A DNA stretch of 41,041 nt from Octopus bimaculoides (taxonomy: Eukaryota). The number at the start of each line of letters is the position of its first letter. Position 1 is the first letter of the stretch. A program made the position numbers and the translations under genes. Positions 36,126 through 41,041 of this stretch are shown here, in pieces. The stretch spans positions 5,233,932 to 5,274,972 of the forward strand of contig NC_068988.1 of NCBI RefSeq assembly GCF_001194135.2. Reading direction: 5' to 3'. A model generated the notes under the pieces. The model was not told the DNA's origin. It did no database searches and saw only the letters and a list, made by a program, of their open reading frames with translations.

Positions 36126-36588
36126 TTATTATTATTATTGAGTGAGAGAACAGTGCACGCCATCAAAGTGACACTGAGGTACAAATATACGAAACCCAAT
36201 ATACCCATCATGACTACCCATCTGATAAGGGTACAATAGGCACATGCATCACAGCCATATGTGCACGACATGGTGATCTCATATCAAGATAAGCAACACA
36301 GGATCTTACAGGTGAGGCCCAATTAGAATTTTCTTCATGTCGAGTAGCCCATCCCGCTCAAAAGGTCTGTGAACAAGGTTTTTTTAAGGATGAAGAGGTG
36401 AATTATTCAAACCCCAAAGAATTCCTCTGAACACATGGCTAGGATGCTCCCGCACATATCGTCTGCCACCAAGGGCCATGCTCAACTGGTGACGGTCAAG
36501 AAACTGACAAGCAAATCTGTGGTATTGGGCAGAATATTTGCTGTGGCCCATCTTTTATACCAAGACTAAATATGTACATGATAACACT
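36126..36588 (-). repeat. Unclassified interspersed repeat with an (AAT)n-type tail
   Basis: Higher-GC block beginning attattattattgagtgagag; recalled as a high-copy octopus repeat, unverified; orientation inferred from the tail. Confidence 0.5.
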
Positions 36589-38959
36589 GAAAATTTGAAA
36601 TTATTATTGTTATTGAAAATTGTTATTATTACTGTTGTTGTTGTATTAGGTGTTGGGCGAAATTAAAATAATTCGCTAAAATTACTGTATTAATTAATGG
36701 CATTAATACTTTTCCTATTAATCAAATTTACAGAATCTCATTCTGACTTGTGACACTGTATATGTTCTAAGTTTAATATTTATGGCATCATTGCACAACA
36801 CTTTCTTCGCTAAATAGCATTATATTATGGAATATTTCTCCCGTGGAAAATTTCTAAGAAATAACTACATATTTTAGAAAATAAAATCTTTTTTTTTTTC
36901 CACTTTTTGGTAACCATCCGTTTGAAATATTTTATGCTCAATATTCTGTGTCAGCTCATAAATAAATTACGAGCCTAATTTAAAAGTGTCATTTTCCACG
37001 GGATATGATATTTTGTTTCTTTTCCAAATTTGAATATGCAAATATATCTATGTTCATTCATGCTTGTTTTCGAATAATTTTATGGCACAAAAATATTTTA
37101 CTTTCTCAAACGATGTTTCTATATCGAGATAGAAATCAGTAATCCTTCCTTCAGATATTCTGGGATTTTATGTATCAAAATCTTTTTATCGCTTATTACT
37201 TGTTACTAACATCAGCACAAATACGCTCATGTGTGCAGGGGATGTGCAACCATTAAATATACTCTGCCACTTAATAAGTATTTATTGAACACAGCGTCAT
37301 AAAAATTAAAACAAACAAGATAGTATTTAAATTCAGAAAGTCATGGGTCAATTAAATGCTACAGATGCTCTACAGATTTAATTATTAAACACCCTAGCTT
37401 AATGCAAAATAAAGACAATTCGTATTGAAAAAAAAATCAATGATACTGGCCTCAGTTTTTATTGCAGGTTCAATTAAATTTAACCGGAGAAGTATGGGAA
37501 ACAGGAAAGAGAATAGAAAATTATAAAGTATACAAATATTTCTACCCCTTCTTTTTCCTTGGCTTGGTTTGGGGGACATGGCTGTGTTCTTGGGCTTTGA
37601 GGGCCTTCCAATGAGGTCATGTCATCATGTTTGAGCAAGTAAATAAGTTCTGTTCTAAAAACATTAATAAGTACAACGTTGGGATTTTCACTAGATTTTC
37701 TGAAAAAGTCTAGAATTTAACGACTTTTGGCGCAAGAAGCAAAGGATAGAGTTAAATATATACATTTTCGAATTGGTTTTTCACTAAAAGTTGTCGTCAT
37801 TAAAACTACAAATAGCTTTGCTAGTCACGTGTATCTCCAAAATTTCGACAATAACACATGTGACATAATACTACTAATCTGGGTATTAGCCTGCGGTAAG
37901 TTGTTTTATCTATTTCGTATAAGTTTTTAATTTTGTTCAAAGTGACAAAGATATTGATGAGTTACATGCCTTTTCCTTTTTAAATAGAATTAGCAGTTTA
38001 TTTATAAAGGCCCCTTGTATCGATGTCCCTAACCTTTCAAATATGTTCGTGGAGTATGTGCAACTGCACACATATTGCGAATGTGTATGTATTCCTGCAT
38101 ATACACACACACAATAACTTAGACACTTACATATAAAAGCGCAAGGGCGTATATACTACAGTAATTTTGTGTGTTTATGTCGACCCCAACTTATCGTATA
38201 TTGATAGAAATACAGCGAAACACACACATTTCAATGCGGGTGTGTATGTGTGGAACTATTAGATATGTCATTTTTTTTTCAGATACCTAATATTTCACCT
38301 GGTGATAAATTCATCGATACCTATGCAAATCAAACACCACATTGACTGGTCAATATTTAAGTCCCCTACGGTAGTAACAGAGTTTAACTTCTAAAAATTA
38401 ATCTTGTAATTTTCGTGAATACGAACTAAATATTACTGCCATCAAGAAGTATAAATATTGCCACAATAGACCTATAAAATCAAAATAATATGCTCTGTTT
38501 TTGAGAAGTGGAAACGATATTGACACCATAAAATATGTGATTACCCCTACACCATATATAACTCATTACAGGCAACCGTCGGTATGTTTCCTTTTTATCT
38601 GTGTTTTGCTACTTAATCTGAAAAGTCTTAAATGAATGATTTTCTTTGAAATGTTTTGCAACCAAACAGTTCAAAATACACATTCTTCAAAATTCTCACA
38701 ATAGGTTGATGTTTATAGGTTCATCAGTGTTATGTGGAATTTGAGTTTATGTAATCGGAAACAGAGCGCACAGTATTGTTTTGTCAATGAGTGGGATTAT
38801 TTCGTAACTTACCTTTTCCTGGTTAAACACCAATAGTCACTTCAGTCACAGATACAGTCATGATTTTACCTTCTTTCGTACTGGCCAGTCAATTCTTGTT
38901 CATGATTTAAAAGGAATGATTTTTCTTACGTGAAAAATTACTAAGAGTATGGGGAGGGG

Positions 38960-39500
38960 GGTCTTACAACTATTCCTAATATCTTTAACTTTTCTTTCCT
39001 TTTCTTTTTATGAAAATGTCTTAGCGGTCTTTTAGAAAACTTGAGTTTTCAAGATTTTCTCCCAAACCTTCTGGTTAGGTAATAAATATGTTGCCTCTTC
39101 CAGTGAAATTTTAGGTGGGCACACGTTGAGGGGACATGAGGTCACTGCATTGTCCTGCATCACGTACAACCGCATCAAATAAACTACTAAATTGTTTTTC
39201 ATTTGTCAGATGCTCGTTGAAAATAGTATTTTTCTAGTAACAAATTAGTCGACTTAGTTCATCAATTAAAACCTTTAATTACCTTGTCTTGTATCTTGGG
39301 ATAGGATGTTGCTGCATCCCAATGTGGTTTAACTTTATTTAACGCAACAGCCAGCCCACAGACAGATTTAATTTTATTGTTTAAACTCCTATCTAATAAA
39401 AGGGGAGTAAATATTTCAAAATAGAATTTTAGTTCTTTTTCTTCTAAAGCCAATGTCTGTTGTAAAAATTCATGAACAGCGTCTGCTGGATCATATTTCA
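38960..39500 (-). pseudogene. Probable decayed N-terminal region of a hATm-like transposase (includes ORF 39262-39501)
   Basis: AVALNKVKPHWDAATSYPKIQDKVIK... then CSDLMSLNVCPPKISLEEATYLLPNQKVW...KRKGKKK; resembles recalled VAxEV..IW.KASIP...I..KI and KIP..E..FL.DQ patterns; unverified. Confidence 0.35.
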
Positions 39501-40059
39501 TTCAATACATAGCTTATAAATTTTAAGGTAGCTAATTTTGAATCTTAAATTTTAACGACTATTGAAAACGTTGCAAGACGCAACAAAAAGTTTAGAAAAA
39601 TAAATAAGTAAATGAGTGCAAACTTTATCGGTGAGTGTGTTAAATAATAAGGCACTAAAAGTGAATGACTCTCTTCAGACATAACAAAATTTTTAATTAA
39701 GCTGCTTCTAATTAATAGCTTCTGAATATTTGAAAAAAGAAATTATAATAATACAAATAACATAAGTGGATATTTTTAAAATGCAAAACAATATGGCATA
39801 TTCAACAAAGTAAAATTTACAGTCACGAACTCGGCCAGGGCATTCTTTGAAATTTTATGAGTATTCTATAATACATGAAAAAATATAGTTATGTAGCAAT
39901 GGTTATTTTTTTTTCTCTCAAAACTTTGATCCCGTGCTGTAGGGGGCCAATATATAGGTATTTGATCTGCAGAGGTTTCGACTGATTTATCACATGAAAA
40001 GTAAGGTAACTGAAATTTCAAAAACATAGTACACCGCTGTAACTATCTATCAATGGGAG

Positions 40060-40440
<381 letters not shown>

Positions 40441-40819
40441 CAGACACACACCCAGACAGTTAGTAGCAAGAGATGTCAGCAGATGAGCCTATCTATTGCT
40501 AAGATGGATGTATGTTACATTTCCTTTGATGATGGTAGTTCTTAATAATGTGTTGCTGTTTGACCTCACAGACCAATCTTCAAGGTCTTTCACGAGAAAC
40601 TAGAAATAGCAGCCATATTTCTTTCAGCCTAAACCATACCATCTTTGAAAGGGATACTCTGAATAATGTAGTTCTTGGGTTCCTGCACATGGAACAAACA
40701 GGATGGTCGCGGATGGACCCCCATCTTTCTTCTTATTTTATTCCGACCCCTGCACTCTCATATATTGCATAAAGTATAAATTTTATATGTAAGTAGTTTT
40801 CGTAAACTCATATCCTCCG

Positions 40820-41041
40820 ACGCTACTCTATCTCTTTCTCTTTCTCTTTCTTTTTTCCCCCTCTCGTTCTTCCTCTTTACTATTACGTATCTCGCTTTAC
40901 CCCTCTCGTTCTTCCTCTGTTACTACTACGTATCTCTTTTTTCCCCCTCGTATTTCCTCTCTTTCTCTTTTCCCCTGTTGCTCACCTATTCTTCTACTTC
41001 CTCCCTTTGTTTCTCCCTCTACCACTCTCTCTACCGGCATG
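40820..41041 (+). repeat. Polypyrimidine (CT-rich) tract with an approximately 42-bp tandem duplication
   Basis: ccctctcgttcttcctct..tactattacgtatctc occurs at about 40858 and 40900. Confidence 0.85.

Noticed and set aside
36840-37002. 12-bp inverted pair cccgtggaaaat / attttccacggg about 140 bp apart
   Set aside because: No clear TSD or second copy; insufficient to call a MITE.

Overview
AT-rich, microsatellite-dense eukaryotic genomic DNA with six assembly gaps. It is most likely from a coleoid cephalopod (octopus-like), inferred from recalled SINE consensus motifs and the repeat landscape; this was not database-checked. I found no confidently identifiable host gene, rRNA, tRNA gene or CRISPR array. 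The window is a patchwork of decayed mobile elements: Penelope-like retroelements (one fairly intact RT+GIY-YIG 3' half, one old copy, one possible N-terminal remnant), three R4/Dong-type RLE-LINE pieces, two CR1/L2-type LINE pieces (APE endonuclease, RT), two TIR-bounded Tc1/mariner elements inserted in microsatellites (one nested in a SINE), several tRNA-type SINEs and probable hATm-like transposase relics. The most interesting signals are three minimal hammerhead-ribozyme-like motifs: one in the Penelope 3' region, and two facing outward in a 283-bp inverted repeat. There are also further long palindromes and a 262-bp local duplication with a microhomology signature. All alignments and translations were done by eye.
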